From an uncultured Chthoniobacterales bacterium (GTDB lineage: Bacteria > Verrucomicrobiota > Verrucomicrobiia > Chthoniobacterales > CALDSX01), in contig CALDSX010000003.1 of NCBI GenBank assembly GCA_937924445.1, positions 1-50,120 of the forward strand: DNA of 50,120 nucleotides, read 5' to 3'. A program made the position numbers and the translations under genes. Under the pieces are notes generated by a model that made no database searches, was not told the origin of the DNA, and was given only the letters and a program-made list of their open reading frames with translations. This document shows positions 27,123 to 36,815 of this stretch, piece after piece (the first letter of the stretch is position 1; every line of letters begins with the position of its first letter).

Positions 27123-29308
27123 GAAGGCAAAAGTTGGTGGATTCGTTCGAGGAGAGCGCTGCGGCGAGAGTGCGGCCCATCGGCGTTGCGGATGGAGTAT
27201 TCGAGTGCGCGGCGTTGTCCGACGACCACGACGAGACGCCGTCCTCGGGTGATTGCCGTGTAAAGAAGGTTACGCCGGAGCATCACAAAATGCTGGGTGG
27301 CCAAGGGGATGACAACAGCGGGAAATTCAGATCCTTGAGCTTTATGGATGGTGACTGCATAGGCCGGGCAGAGAGCGTCAAGTTCTTCAAAGGGATAAGA
27401 AGCCTGGCGTCCGTCAAAATCTGCTTCGAGGATTTGTTCGTCGTGGTTGATATGGACGACGCGGCCGAGGTCGCCGTTGCTGAGGTCCTGCGTGTGGTCA
27501 TTTTCCGTTTGCATTATTTTGTCGCCAACTCGGAATTCCCAGCCGAACCGTTGCACTGTTGAGGTAGTGGGGGTGGCGGGTGTGAGAACATTTTGAAGCG
27601 CTCTGTTGAGGGCGTGCACACCAATCTCCCCGCGGTTCATTGGGGTGAGAACCTGCACACCTTCTTTGGGTTCAACGCCGAGCCGTCTGGGGATGCGTCG
27701 GGTGACGAGTTCGAGTACTGTGTGGCCGATTTCCTCGGGGGATTCTTTGGCGATGAAAAAGAAATCGCTTTGAGAATCGGGCTCAAGCTCGGGAATTTCG
27801 CCTGAGTTGACTTTGTGGGCAGCATGGACGATTCGACTTCCTGCGGCCTGCCTGAAAATGGTATTTAATCGGGCGACAGGAATGTGTGTTGATTCGATAA
27901 GATCGTGCAGAACCCGGCCAGGGCCGACGGATGGCAGCTGATCTGCATCGCCGACAAGAATGAGAGCCGCATGGTCTGGGAGTGCGCCAAAGAGTCTGTT
28001 CATGAGGGGCAGATCTATCATCGAAGCTTCATCAGCCACGACAACATCACAATCGAGAGGGGATAGAGGCCCACGCTCGAAGCCGGAGTGGTAGGCTCCA
28101 AGCAGGCGGTGAATGGTGACGGCATTGAGGCCGAGATCGGCCGTCGCTTCACCAAGTCGGCGTGCGGCGCGCCCGGTAGGTGCGCACAACCGCAATCTCA
28201 TTCCTTTTGATTGAAGGATAGCTGCGAGCGATCGGACAAGGGTAGTCTTGCCAACGCCTGGTCCTCCGGTGATGATTGAAATTGCGGAGGCGAGACAGGT
28301 CGCAAGACCGACGCGCTGACCTTCGGAGAGGATGGTTTTCAATCGCTGCTCACACCAGCGGGCTACTGCCTCGGGAGCTGTTGCCGGCCAAGGAGGTTGG
28401 CGCTCTGAAAAGGCCACAACACGCTTTGCAAGGAGCCGCTCCGCGCGGTCAAGAGCGGGTAGCCAGAGGCAAGGAACGCCCTGGGCATCTGCCTGAACCA
28501 GTGCCCCACTATCCTGAAGTTTGCCGATGCCACTCGAGATTTGGGTTGTTGGTACCTTGATGAGCTGAGCTGCTGACTGCTCGACGACCTGTTGAGGCAG
28601 ATGCGTGTGGCCATCTCCAGCGGCTTCCATGAGCACATGTTCGACTGCCGCTGCTGCTCTGAGAGGAGAATCTTCAGGAATACCGATTTTTCTGGCAAAA
28701 TCATCCGCGGTCTTAAAACCAATACCAGGGATATCCCGCGCCAGTCGGTAGGGATCCTCCTTTAGTTTTGCGATTGCTGAATCGCCGTATGTTTTGAAAA
28801 TGCGAACCGCTCGTGTGGTGCCAACGCCGTGGCTGTAGAGAAATAGCATCACATTGCGGATAGCCTGCTGTTCCCGCCAGGCGGCTTTTATTCGGCGTCG
28901 GCGTTCCAAACCGATACCGGTCACCTCGGACAGGCGGCCCGATTCTTTATCAATGATTTCCAAGACCTGTTCACCAAATTTAGCGACCAGTTTTTTTGCG
29001 TAAACGGGTCCGATGCCTCGGATGAGGCCGCTTGAGAGAAATCTCTCCATACCTGCCAGGGAACAGGGAGGTGATATTTGGAGGAAATCGGCGCGGAATT
29101 GTCGGCCGTGAACGCGGTCATACATCCAGTGTCCTTCCGCGTAGAGCCATTCGCCTGGGTTTGCTGTTGCAACCGAACCGATGACCACGACGGTGTTGTT
29201 GCTACGCTCGGGCATCACCTGAAGAACGCAAAACCCGTTTTCGGTGTTGTGAAAGGCAACGCGCTCGATGATGCCTTTTATGACTTCGACCGGCCTTTCT
29301 GAGGGCAT
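27119..29308 (-). CDS. recD2: ATP-dependent RecD2-like SF1 DNA helicase
   Basis: Start set at ATG 29308 (MPSERPVEVIKGIIERVAFHNTENGFCVLQV, a typical RecD2 N-terminus). HhH region, Walker A GGPGVGKTT, LVGDADQLPSVGPG and YAVTIHKAQGSEF. Confidence 0.9.
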   Translation of the reverse strand: MPSERPVEVIKGIIERVAFHNTENGFCVLQVMPERSNNTVVVIGSVATANPGEWLYAEGHWMYDRVHGRQFRADFLQISPPCSLAGMERFLSSGLIRGIGPVYAKKLVAKFGEQVLEIIDKESGRLSEVTGIGLERRRRIKAAWREQQAIRNVMLFLYSHGVGTTRAVRIFKTYGDSAIAKLKEDPYRLARDIPGIGFKTADDFARKIGIPEDSPLRAAAAVEHVLMEAAGDGHTHLPQQVVEQSAAQLIKVPTTQISSGIGKLQDSGALVQADAQGVPCLWLPALDRAERLLAKRVVAFSERQPPWPATAPEAVARWCEQRLKTILSEGQRVGLATCLASAISIITGGPGVGKTTLVRSLAAILQSKGMRLRLCAPTGRAARRLGEATADLGLNAVTIHRLLGAYHSGFERGPLSPLDCDVVVADEASMIDLPLMNRLFGALPDHAALILVGDADQLPSVGPGRVLHDLIESTHIPVARLNTIFRQAAGSRIVHAAHKVNSGEIPELEPDSQSDFFFIAKESPEEIGHTVLELVTRRIPRRLGVEPKEGVQVLTPMNRGEIGVHALNRALQNVLTPATPTTSTVQRFGWEFRVGDKIMQTENDHTQDLSNGDLGRVVHINHDEQILEADFDGRQASYPFEELDALCPAYAVTIHKAQGSEFPAVVIPLATQHFVMLRRNLLYTAITRGRRLVVVVGQRRALEYSIRNADGPHSRRSALLERIHQLLPS

Positions 29309-29393
29309 ACAAGGTGCAGGAGCAAAAATTAAAGCCCGTGAGAGGCGCTGGTTGTCCCAGGCGTTCAAGCACAGGGATTTTGGGTGAAGGTGG

Positions 29394-31136
29394 TCAGCCT
29401 GGAATACCCTCAAGCATTGCTTTGTTGGTAGGAAATTTGCGGATAAAAAAGAGGAGGCGTTCGATAGCTTCCACCGGTTTGTGCCCGGCAAGACCGCGAC
29501 GAATGAGACTGATTTTTTCGAGTTGCTCTTCTGGAACAAGCAATTCTTCGCGCCGAGTGCCGGATTTGAAGATGTCCACTGCGGGATAGATGCGTTGCTC
29601 AGCAATGCGCCGGTCGAGGACGAGTTCCATATTCCCAGTGCCTTTAAACTCCTGAAAAATAAGCTCATCCATTCGGCTTCCCGTTTCGATGAGAGCGGTA
29701 GCGATGATGGTTAGTGAGCCTGCCTCTTCGGTGTTGCGCGCGGCGGCGAACAGGCGACGAGGGATTTCCATTCCGCGGGCGTCCATACCGCCGGTGAGAG
29801 TGCGTCCGGTGCCTTGGATGGCGTTATTGAACGCGCGCCCGACCCGGGTGATTGAGTCAAGAATAAGGAAGACATGCTTTCCGTCCTCGACCATTCTTTT
29901 TGCGCGGTCGAGGCAGAGGGTGGCCATCCGGGTATGGCTTTTGACATCGCTGTCGTTTGAGCTGGCCCAGAGTTCAGCCTGTGGGAGGTGGATTTTGAAC
30001 TCGGTAACTTCCTCAGGGCGTTCATCCACAAGGAGCACAAGAAGGTGAACATCATGATGGTTTGCGAGAATAGCCTCTGCGATGTGCATGAGCAGCGTTG
30101 TTTTGCCCGTGCGCGGTGGTGCAACGATCAGTCCGCGCTGCCCCATTCCAATGGGAGTGATGAGGTCGATGACGCGCGTGGTATGCCGGTCAGGGGCGGT
30201 TTCGAGAACAAAACGTTTTTCTGGGTTTACGGCTGTGAGCTCCTCGAAGAGAGGGGTGATCTTGAAGCGTTCGGGTGGCCCGCCATTGATAGTCTCGAGC
30301 AGAACCATCTGGGGGCCGCGCCCGCCGCGACGGTAACGTCCGGCAAGCATCATCCCGTCTCGCAACCCATATCGCCGCACATATTCGGGTGTGACGAATA
30401 CATCCTGCGGGTGTTGTTGATACGCCCGAACGCGTTCGCGCAGAAAGCCAAACCCTTTACCCGAGAGTTCCAAAACGCCTTCGCAAGGGAAGGTTTCCAG
30501 AGTCTGCTCCGAAGAGGACTCGTCGCCGGAGTGCTTTTCCTCACTGACAGTTTCTCGTGCCGAAGTTGGTGTTGTCGGGGTGGCGCGCTGGTCTGGAGAG
30601 AGTTCGCCGTTCTGGCGATTTTTGAATGCTTTGAAACGACCCCGTTTGAAAAAGCGACGGCTTTTGAAGTGTTTGTGCCCACTGCGCTGTAAATCATTGC
30701 TCTGAGGTGGATTCGCTACGGAGACAGCCGGGTTTTTCCCGTTGTCAAGGTTGGAGACCTCAGTGTTCGGAGCGAGTTTCTCGGGCTGTGGGGCGCCTGT
30801 TGGTTCGGAGGGTTCGGTGGGCGGGGGCGTGTCAGGGGCTGGTGTGGCCGAGAGAGCAGAGGCGAGTGTCTCGTCAGATGCTGTTTTTTTCTTTGGAGCG
30901 ATTTTTGAATCTGCAACGCTTTCCGTTGTTGCGGATTCTGCTGGGATTGAATTCTGGGGAGGTGTGTCAGGAGACTTGGGAGAGACCGTTTTCTTTCGAG
31001 GGCGTGTCGATTTTGTTTTTGTTGAGGTGTCCGTGCTAGTATCTTGCGCCGGTTGATTGGCGGTTGTCTTGCGGCGGATAACTCGTTTCTTGGGGGCCGA
31101 TTCCTCAATGGGAATGGCCGTGGTGATTTCGCTCAT
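29394..31136 (-). CDS. rho: transcription termination factor Rho with a long disordered N-terminal region
   Basis: CSD-like GVLELSGKGFGFLRE, Walker A APPRTGKTTLL, and the conserved core through IYPAVDIFKSGTRREELL. ATG 31136 preferred over TTG 31148. About the first 210 aa are P/T/S/K-rich. Confidence 0.95.
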   Translation of the reverse strand: MSEITTAIPIEESAPKKRVIRRKTTANQPAQDTSTDTSTKTKSTRPRKKTVSPKSPDTPPQNSIPAESATTESVADSKIAPKKKTASDETLASALSATPAPDTPPPTEPSEPTGAPQPEKLAPNTEVSNLDNGKNPAVSVANPPQSNDLQRSGHKHFKSRRFFKRGRFKAFKNRQNGELSPDQRATPTTPTSARETVSEEKHSGDESSSEQTLETFPCEGVLELSGKGFGFLRERVRAYQQHPQDVFVTPEYVRRYGLRDGMMLAGRYRRGGRGPQMVLLETINGGPPERFKITPLFEELTAVNPEKRFVLETAPDRHTTRVIDLITPIGMGQRGLIVAPPRTGKTTLLMHIAEAILANHHDVHLLVLLVDERPEEVTEFKIHLPQAELWASSNDSDVKSHTRMATLCLDRAKRMVEDGKHVFLILDSITRVGRAFNNAIQGTGRTLTGGMDARGMEIPRRLFAAARNTEEAGSLTIIATALIETGSRMDELIFQEFKGTGNMELVLDRRIAEQRIYPAVDIFKSGTRREELLVPEEQLEKISLIRRGLAGHKPVEAIERLLFFIRKFPTNKAMLEGIPG

Positions 31137-31181
31137 GTGATGGTGCAAGGGAGGTCTCGAGTTGAAAGCAGATCTGCTGCA

Positions 31182-31934
31182 TTAGGCAGTTAAAGAATTG
31201 AGCAGATCATCAGCTATTTCGAAATTGGCATGTACGGCTTGGATATCATCATGATCATCAATTTGGTCGCAGATTTTAAGAATCTGCGAGGCGGTGGCCG
31301 AATCAGTAATGGGAATTATGTTTTCAGGAATAAAAGTGAGTTTTGCAGATTCAGGCTCGATTGCGGCATGTTTGAGAGCGTCAATAACCTGGTAAAGAGC
31401 GCTGGGGGGTGTGAGGACAATGTGATAAGAATCCTCCTCGAGCAGTTCCTCAGCGCCGGCATCGAGGATAAGTTCGAGCAGAGCGTCCTGAGCAATCGCA
31501 TTGATAGGGATGGCGATACGACCTTTGCGATGGAACATGTAGGAGACGCTCCCGCTTGAGGCGAGAGAGCCTCCATTTTTTGTTAAAATGGAACGGAGAT
31601 CGGCGGTTGTGCGGTTGCGGTTGTCTGTCGCTGCCTCGATCATAAGAGCAATACCGCCGGGGGCGTAGGCCTCATAGAGGATCTCTTCAATCGCCTCGGA
31701 TTGCAACTCACCCGTGCCTTTTTTGATGGCACGCTCGATATTTTCCGAGGGCATATTTTCAGCCCGTGCGGCGAGGATGGCGGAACGCAAACGTGCGTTG
31801 GCTTCTGGATCACCTCCGCCGAGCTTCGCGGCGACGGTGATTTCTTTCGATAGACGACTGAAGATTTTGCCGCGACGAGCGTCGAGGACACCTTTAACGC
31901 GCTTGATTTTTGACCATTTGTTATGACCGGCCAT
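31182..31934 (-). CDS. YebC/PmpR family DNA-binding transcriptional regulator
   Basis: MAGHNKWSKIKRVKG...RGKIFSRLSKEITVAAKLGGGDPEANARLR is the canonical family N-terminus. 250 aa. Confidence 0.95.
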   Translation of the reverse strand: MAGHNKWSKIKRVKGVLDARRGKIFSRLSKEITVAAKLGGGDPEANARLRSAILAARAENMPSENIERAIKKGTGELQSEAIEEILYEAYAPGGIALMIEAATDNRNRTTADLRSILTKNGGSLASSGSVSYMFHRKGRIAIPINAIAQDALLELILDAGAEELLEEDSYHIVLTPPSALYQVIDALKHAAIEPESAKLTFIPENIIPITDSATASQILKICDQIDDHDDIQAVHANFEIADDLLNSLTA

Positions 31935-32326
31935 GTTGGTTTAGGGGTGATAAGAGAGGGCGTTGAAAACTTTTTTGCTTGGAAAACTCAATATGGAGCG
32001 ATTGCGGCGGGAAAACTCTTTTCCGTCCGGGCGTGATTAAACGCGACAGAAAGTTCAAAGCCGTGTGTTAACCCCGTTTTATGCGCAGAGTCTCAGCATC
32101 GGCTTTTTGGCTTGTGACCCTAGCTCTGTTCGCCAGAGCCTCTTTTGCCTGCAGGCACGGAAGCTGGCTGGCGGGGAGATTTGGCGAGTTAACTCGATTT
32201 TTTGAGCAATGGCAACTCGCCGTTCGGGTTGCCGTATGGAAGCCTTTTTGGTTGTTGAAAATTCTGGCGGGCAATAAGCCCGGAGCAAGAACGTTGTCAG
32301 CATGGTAATATGCTTGATGAGGTTTG

Positions 32327-34135
32327 TCAACCCTGCTTTGCGGCCGCGCGTTTCCGGGCTGTCGCATCGAGGATTTTTTTTCGAAGACGAAGTGCGGCCG
32401 GTGTTGCTTCGATAAACTCGTCATCGGCGATAAATTCAAGAGCGCGTTCGAGATTCATTCGAAGCGGGGCCTCAAGCATTATTCCTTTGCCCTCTCCCTG
32501 GCTCCGCATGTTTGTGAGATGTTTAACTTTGCAGGGATTTACCGGCAGGTCGTCGGGGCGGGAATTTTCCCCTACGATCATTCCCTCGTAAATTTGCTCA
32601 CCGGGGCCGATAAAGAGGCGGCCTCGCTCTTGCACATTATTGAGGGCATACGCGGTCGAGACACCTGCCTCCATAGCGACAAGCACGCCGGATTTGCGAC
32701 TGAGAATCTCTCCACGATGAGCAGAATATTCCTTGAACAAATGACTCATCAACCCAAGCCCGCGAGTGAGGTTTACCAGTTCGGTCTCGAATCCGATGAG
32801 CCCACGAGTCGGTGCCACCGCCTCAATTGCGACAGTTGTCGGATGGTGATGGATGTTGATGATTTCAGCTTTTCTAGATGCAAGCGACTGCATGACATCG
32901 CCGAGATTCTCAGAGGGCACATCAACATAGACGTTCTCGAAAGGTTCGAGTAATTGCCCCTGATCATCACGGCGCATGATCACTTCGGGACGGCTGACAA
33001 GGACCTCGAATCCTTCGCGACGCATCTGCTCAACGAGAATCGCGATCTGCATTTGGCCTCGCGCACGGATTTCAAACACTCCTGCGGTGTCAGTCTCCGC
33101 AAAGGCAATGGAGACGTTCCCGCGCGTTTCACGTTCGAGCCGTTCACGTATGTGGCGTGCGGTGAGGAACTTGCCTTCCCTCCCTGCCAGAGGCCCGTCA
33201 TTGACGGCGATCCGCATAGTGATCGTCGGCGGGTCAATCTCAGTAAATGGTAACGGCGGAATTTCTGCCGATGAAGAGAGCGTGTCACCGATGAAGACAT
33301 CTTCAAACCCGGCCAGGCCAACGATGTCACCGGCACCAGCCGACTTTACTTCGATTTTTTCGAGGCCGCGATGGCTAAAGAGCGCTGTTACGGTTGCTTT
33401 ATGTCGGCCGCCAGATTTAAGAAGCCAAACCGTCTGACCGACTGTCACGGTTCCGCTGAAGATGCGTCCATAAGCGATCCGGCCGAGATAATCGCTGTAG
33501 TCCAAGTTTGAGACCAGCATTTGAAATTCAGGTAACGAATTTACCCGCGGTGGGGGGACTTCGTGGAGAATAGTATCGAGCAGCGGGTGCATGTTAACCC
33601 GTTCGTCATCAATGTGGAGAACAGCGTAACCTTCTTTTGCGCTGGCATAAACCACTGGGAAATCGAGTTGCTCGTCGGTCGCTTTTAGCTCGAGGAAAAG
33701 TTCGAACACCATGTCGAGCACTTTGTGGGGGCGCGCGTTTTCGCGGTCGATCTTGTTGATGACCACAATGGCGCGCGCACCGTTTTCAAGTGCTTTGCGA
33801 AGAACAAACTTTGTCTGTGCTTGGGGGCCGTCATGAGCGTCGACTAAGAGAAAAACGCCGTCCACCATTTTCATGATGCGTTCGACTTCACCGCCAAAAT
33901 CGGCGTGGCCGGGTGTGTCCACGATATTGACGCGGACGCCTTTCCACTCGAACGCCGCATTTTTCGCGCGGATGGTGATCCCTTTTTCTCGTTCGAGATC
34001 CATCGAATCCATGACACGTTCTTGGATTTGTTGATTGGCCCGGAAAGTGCCGGCCTGTTTGAGTAGTTGATCCACCAGAGTCGTCTTGCCGTGGTCAACG
34101 TGGGCGATGATTGCGATGTTACGGATGTTTTGCAT
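32327..34135 (-). CDS. typA: translational GTPase TypA/BipA
   Basis: 602 aa. IRNIAIIAHVDHGKTTLVD, DTPGHADFGGEV, NKIDR. EF-G-like domains. Confidence 0.97.
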   Translation of the reverse strand: MQNIRNIAIIAHVDHGKTTLVDQLLKQAGTFRANQQIQERVMDSMDLEREKGITIRAKNAAFEWKGVRVNIVDTPGHADFGGEVERIMKMVDGVFLLVDAHDGPQAQTKFVLRKALENGARAIVVINKIDRENARPHKVLDMVFELFLELKATDEQLDFPVVYASAKEGYAVLHIDDERVNMHPLLDTILHEVPPPRVNSLPEFQMLVSNLDYSDYLGRIAYGRIFSGTVTVGQTVWLLKSGGRHKATVTALFSHRGLEKIEVKSAGAGDIVGLAGFEDVFIGDTLSSSAEIPPLPFTEIDPPTITMRIAVNDGPLAGREGKFLTARHIRERLERETRGNVSIAFAETDTAGVFEIRARGQMQIAILVEQMRREGFEVLVSRPEVIMRRDDQGQLLEPFENVYVDVPSENLGDVMQSLASRKAEIINIHHHPTTVAIEAVAPTRGLIGFETELVNLTRGLGLMSHLFKEYSAHRGEILSRKSGVLVAMEAGVSTAYALNNVQERGRLFIGPGEQIYEGMIVGENSRPDDLPVNPCKVKHLTNMRSQGEGKGIMLEAPLRMNLERALEFIADDEFIEATPAALRLRKKILDATARKRAAAKQG

Positions 34136-34258
34136 GAGAAAACCGCGTGCGGAGCGGTGGAAGATGTTGGTGTGATATTGAATTGCTCGCCACCCCGGGT
34201 GGGGATTTTGTCGCAGAATAACTCCGGAACAAAACGGCAGGTTGGTGCTTTGAGGGCA

Positions 34259-35131
34259 TCACCATAAGAGGTTAAGAAAGCGGCGACGTACGCCTTGTCC
34301 AGCTCTGTGATTGTTGTTTGGCTCCTCGGAGGGTTTACTTGGGGATAGCAACGCGACGCGGTGCCACAAATCAGTCTGTGTTTCGGGATTCCGACCTGAA
34401 GCGGGCTCGGAATTGGGGAGCTTAGTCGCATTTAAGGAGGAGGCGGCAGGGTTGGTTGGCCCAAATGTTTTTTTATGCACTATGTGTAGATGATCGGCTC
34501 CCAACGGTTTTTCATGTGCGGATGGCACGGAATGGCCGGTGGCAGCCAGCGCAGATTGCTCTCGAGCGGAGGAACGGACAAAACTTGAAATTTTTTTATC
34601 CGTCACCACCACTTCTGCTCCAACACCGACGCGGTTGAACAAGTCTGATACATCGGCGGAGGTCATGCGGATACAGCCGAAGCTTGCCGGTTTGCCGATA
34701 TTTTGCTCCTCGGTCGTGCCGTGAATATAAATCAACCGCTTGTAGGCGTTGCGGTTGTTGTTTTCGAGCCCTTCAAGCCAGAGGATACGTGTGACAATCG
34801 GATCCCGACCGGGGGCGTTGGGTGGCAAAATTTCACCGGTAGGTTTGCGGCTTTTGAACACCATACCCAAGGGCTGTCCGTGTCCAATTTTTTGCGCAAC
34901 CCGCATTCTGCCGAGCGGGGTCGCGTAGCTGCCCGGATTGTCGCCTAGCCCGAATTTGGACGTAGAAACAGGGTATTCCGCAACAGGTTCGCCATTGCGA
35001 AAAAGAACGAGTCGCTGTTGAGGAACGCTGATCACAATCCGGTTGGCTGTGTCTTTACGAAGAGAAACACAGCCTGGCAATGGGCCAAAGCCGACAACAA
35101 ATAGGAGAAATAAAAATACCACACGGGTCAT
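34259..35131 (-). CDS. L,D-transpeptidase family protein (YkuD) with a long low-complexity C-terminal tail
   Basis: Signal peptide/lipobox-like N-terminus (FGPLPGC). Active site IHGTTEEQNIGKPASFGCIRM. About 110 aa Ser/Pro/Asn-rich tail. Confidence 0.85.
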   Translation of the reverse strand: MTRVVFLFLLFVVGFGPLPGCVSLRKDTANRIVISVPQQRLVLFRNGEPVAEYPVSTSKFGLGDNPGSYATPLGRMRVAQKIGHGQPLGMVFKSRKPTGEILPPNAPGRDPIVTRILWLEGLENNNRNAYKRLIYIHGTTEEQNIGKPASFGCIRMTSADVSDLFNRVGVGAEVVVTDKKISSFVRSSAREQSALAATGHSVPSAHEKPLGADHLHIVHKKTFGPTNPAASSLNATKLPNSEPASGRNPETQTDLWHRVALLSPSKPSEEPNNNHRAGQGVRRRFLNLLW

Positions 35132-35184
35132 AGGATGGGTCGGGTTTGGTTGAGCGGAGATGAATGATGTCTATACGGCGGCTA

Positions 35185-36672
35185 TCATCGGTTTCTTTGG
35201 GCGTTTTCCCGGGGTAGCCATGAGAGAGCAGATGTAAAGGCCACATAGGAAAAGCCGACCACAAAGAGCAGAAGAAAGGGGATGGAGATGAAATCCTTTT
35301 TGACGATGGCGAGATGAGTAAGAAAGCCAAAATAAACGGCGAAGAGTGCTTCGACGAGCGAGGATGCTGAACGGGCTGGAGCGTAAGCACTCTGCTTCCA
35401 TTTTTCTTGAGACTTTTCTACGGCGTATTTCGGGGTTCGAGTGAAATCGGAAGGTTTGTTAAATAGCGCTTCGAGCACTGCTTTTGCGTTGTTAAATGAA
35501 AGCCCGATTCCGAGAGCCAAAAGCATCGGCAAGTGCAGTATCTCACGTTGCCATTCTGTTGGATGGAGAGCGATCTGGGCGCAAGAGTAGAATGCCAAAA
35601 CCGAGAAAGATGAAAGGATGAAGATTGGAAGATGAAAGAACGCTATAGTTCCCCAGTTGTGAGGCATCATCTCAGAAGTCGGGTGCAAAACGATGCAGAG
35701 CATGGCGAGAAGGAGGTAAGCGAAATTCGAGCAGAGATGAGCCGTTGCCTCGATTTTGAGTGGCAGCGGCAAACGTGACCGCCAGATCCGTGGAAGGATT
35801 TTTTTGCAGGTTTGAATAGCTCCTTTTGTCCAACGGTGCTGCTGCGTTTTGAAGCCATTAATATCAACGGGAAGCTCTGCCGGTGTGACAACATCTGGTC
35901 GAAAGACAAACTTCCAACCGCACATTTGGGCGCGATAACTCAGATCGAGATCTTCGGTCAGCGTGTCGTGTTCCCAACCACCGACATCCTCAATGCAGGA
36001 TTTTCTCCAGAGGCCGGCGGTTCCGTTAAAATTAAACAATCGCCCGCTTCGGCTGCGAGCAATTTGTTCGATAATGAGATGTCCGTCTAGAAATAGAGCC
36101 TGCACTTTTGTTAGGAGGGAAAAATCTCGGTTCAGATGCCCCCAGCGGGTTTGAACCATTCCAACCTGTGGATCAGTAAAATGGTCGATAACTTTTAGCA
36201 AAAGATCGCGTGGCGGCAGAAAATCGGCATCCAGAATGAGAAGAAATTCGCCTTTGGCGGAGCGGAGTCCATTTTCCAGCGCCCCGGCTTTGAATCCCAA
36301 ACGGTTTCCTCGGCGGATGTGTTTAATTGCAAAGCCTTTGCGGGCAATCTTAGCACATTTGGCAGCACAAATTTCCTTTGTGGCGTCAGTGGAATCGTCG
36401 AGCACTTGAATTTCGAGCAAATCGGTTGGGTAGTCCAAGGCTGCCACAGCATCCAACAGCCGACTCACAACGTGTATTTCATTATAGATTGGCAACTGGA
36501 CGGTTACAGATGGTAAATTCTTAAAGCGCTGCGGTGACGGCAGCATTTTATCTTTGTTTCGAAGGAAAAGATAGATAAGGAAAAAACGGTGAGCGCCGAA
36601 AGTGGATAAGCCAAGCAGGACGCACAAATAACATGCAATCCAAATGTTCCATCCGTGGTCGGAGATAGACAT
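35185..36672 (-). CDS. membrane-embedded processive family-2 glycosyltransferase (cellulose-synthase-like D,D,D,QxxRW)
   Basis: VLDDSTD, ILDADF, TEDLDLS and QQHRWTKG. Hydrophobic helices at the N-terminus and through the C-terminal third. 495 aa. Confidence 0.85.
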   Translation of the reverse strand: MSISDHGWNIWIACYLCVLLGLSTFGAHRFFLIYLFLRNKDKMLPSPQRFKNLPSVTVQLPIYNEIHVVSRLLDAVAALDYPTDLLEIQVLDDSTDATKEICAAKCAKIARKGFAIKHIRRGNRLGFKAGALENGLRSAKGEFLLILDADFLPPRDLLLKVIDHFTDPQVGMVQTRWGHLNRDFSLLTKVQALFLDGHLIIEQIARSRSGRLFNFNGTAGLWRKSCIEDVGGWEHDTLTEDLDLSYRAQMCGWKFVFRPDVVTPAELPVDINGFKTQQHRWTKGAIQTCKKILPRIWRSRLPLPLKIEATAHLCSNFAYLLLAMLCIVLHPTSEMMPHNWGTIAFFHLPIFILSSFSVLAFYSCAQIALHPTEWQREILHLPMLLALGIGLSFNNAKAVLEALFNKPSDFTRTPKYAVEKSQEKWKQSAYAPARSASSLVEALFAVYFGFLTHLAIVKKDFISIPFLLLFVVGFSYVAFTSALSWLPRENAQRNR

Positions 36673-36815
36673 GATTAAAAAGAAGGATAGCCCGCGTGGG
36701 CTCCGTCGAGCGACATGAGGTTACGGGCGAATGATTTCGCTTTTTGTCGGCAGAAGTCAAGCTGAAAAAAATCTTGTATAGTTGCGCCAGTGGGCGGGCG
36801 GAGTATTATCGAACT

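Noticed and set aside
29309-29668. N-terminal 120-codon extension of the RecD2 ORF (ORF track 27119..29668) overlapping the 3' end of rho
   Set aside because: The extension overlaps rho in a different frame and looks non-protein-like. ATG 29308 yields the canonical RecD2 N-terminus (MPSERPVEVIKGIIERV...).
32081-32308. 75-aa plus-strand ORF with a hydrophobic N-terminus in the typA-yebC intergenic region
   Set aside because: It has no canonical lipobox or signal cleavage site and no RBS. It lies on the opposite strand between two co-directional genes and its composition is Arg/Trp-rich, so it is probably non-coding.
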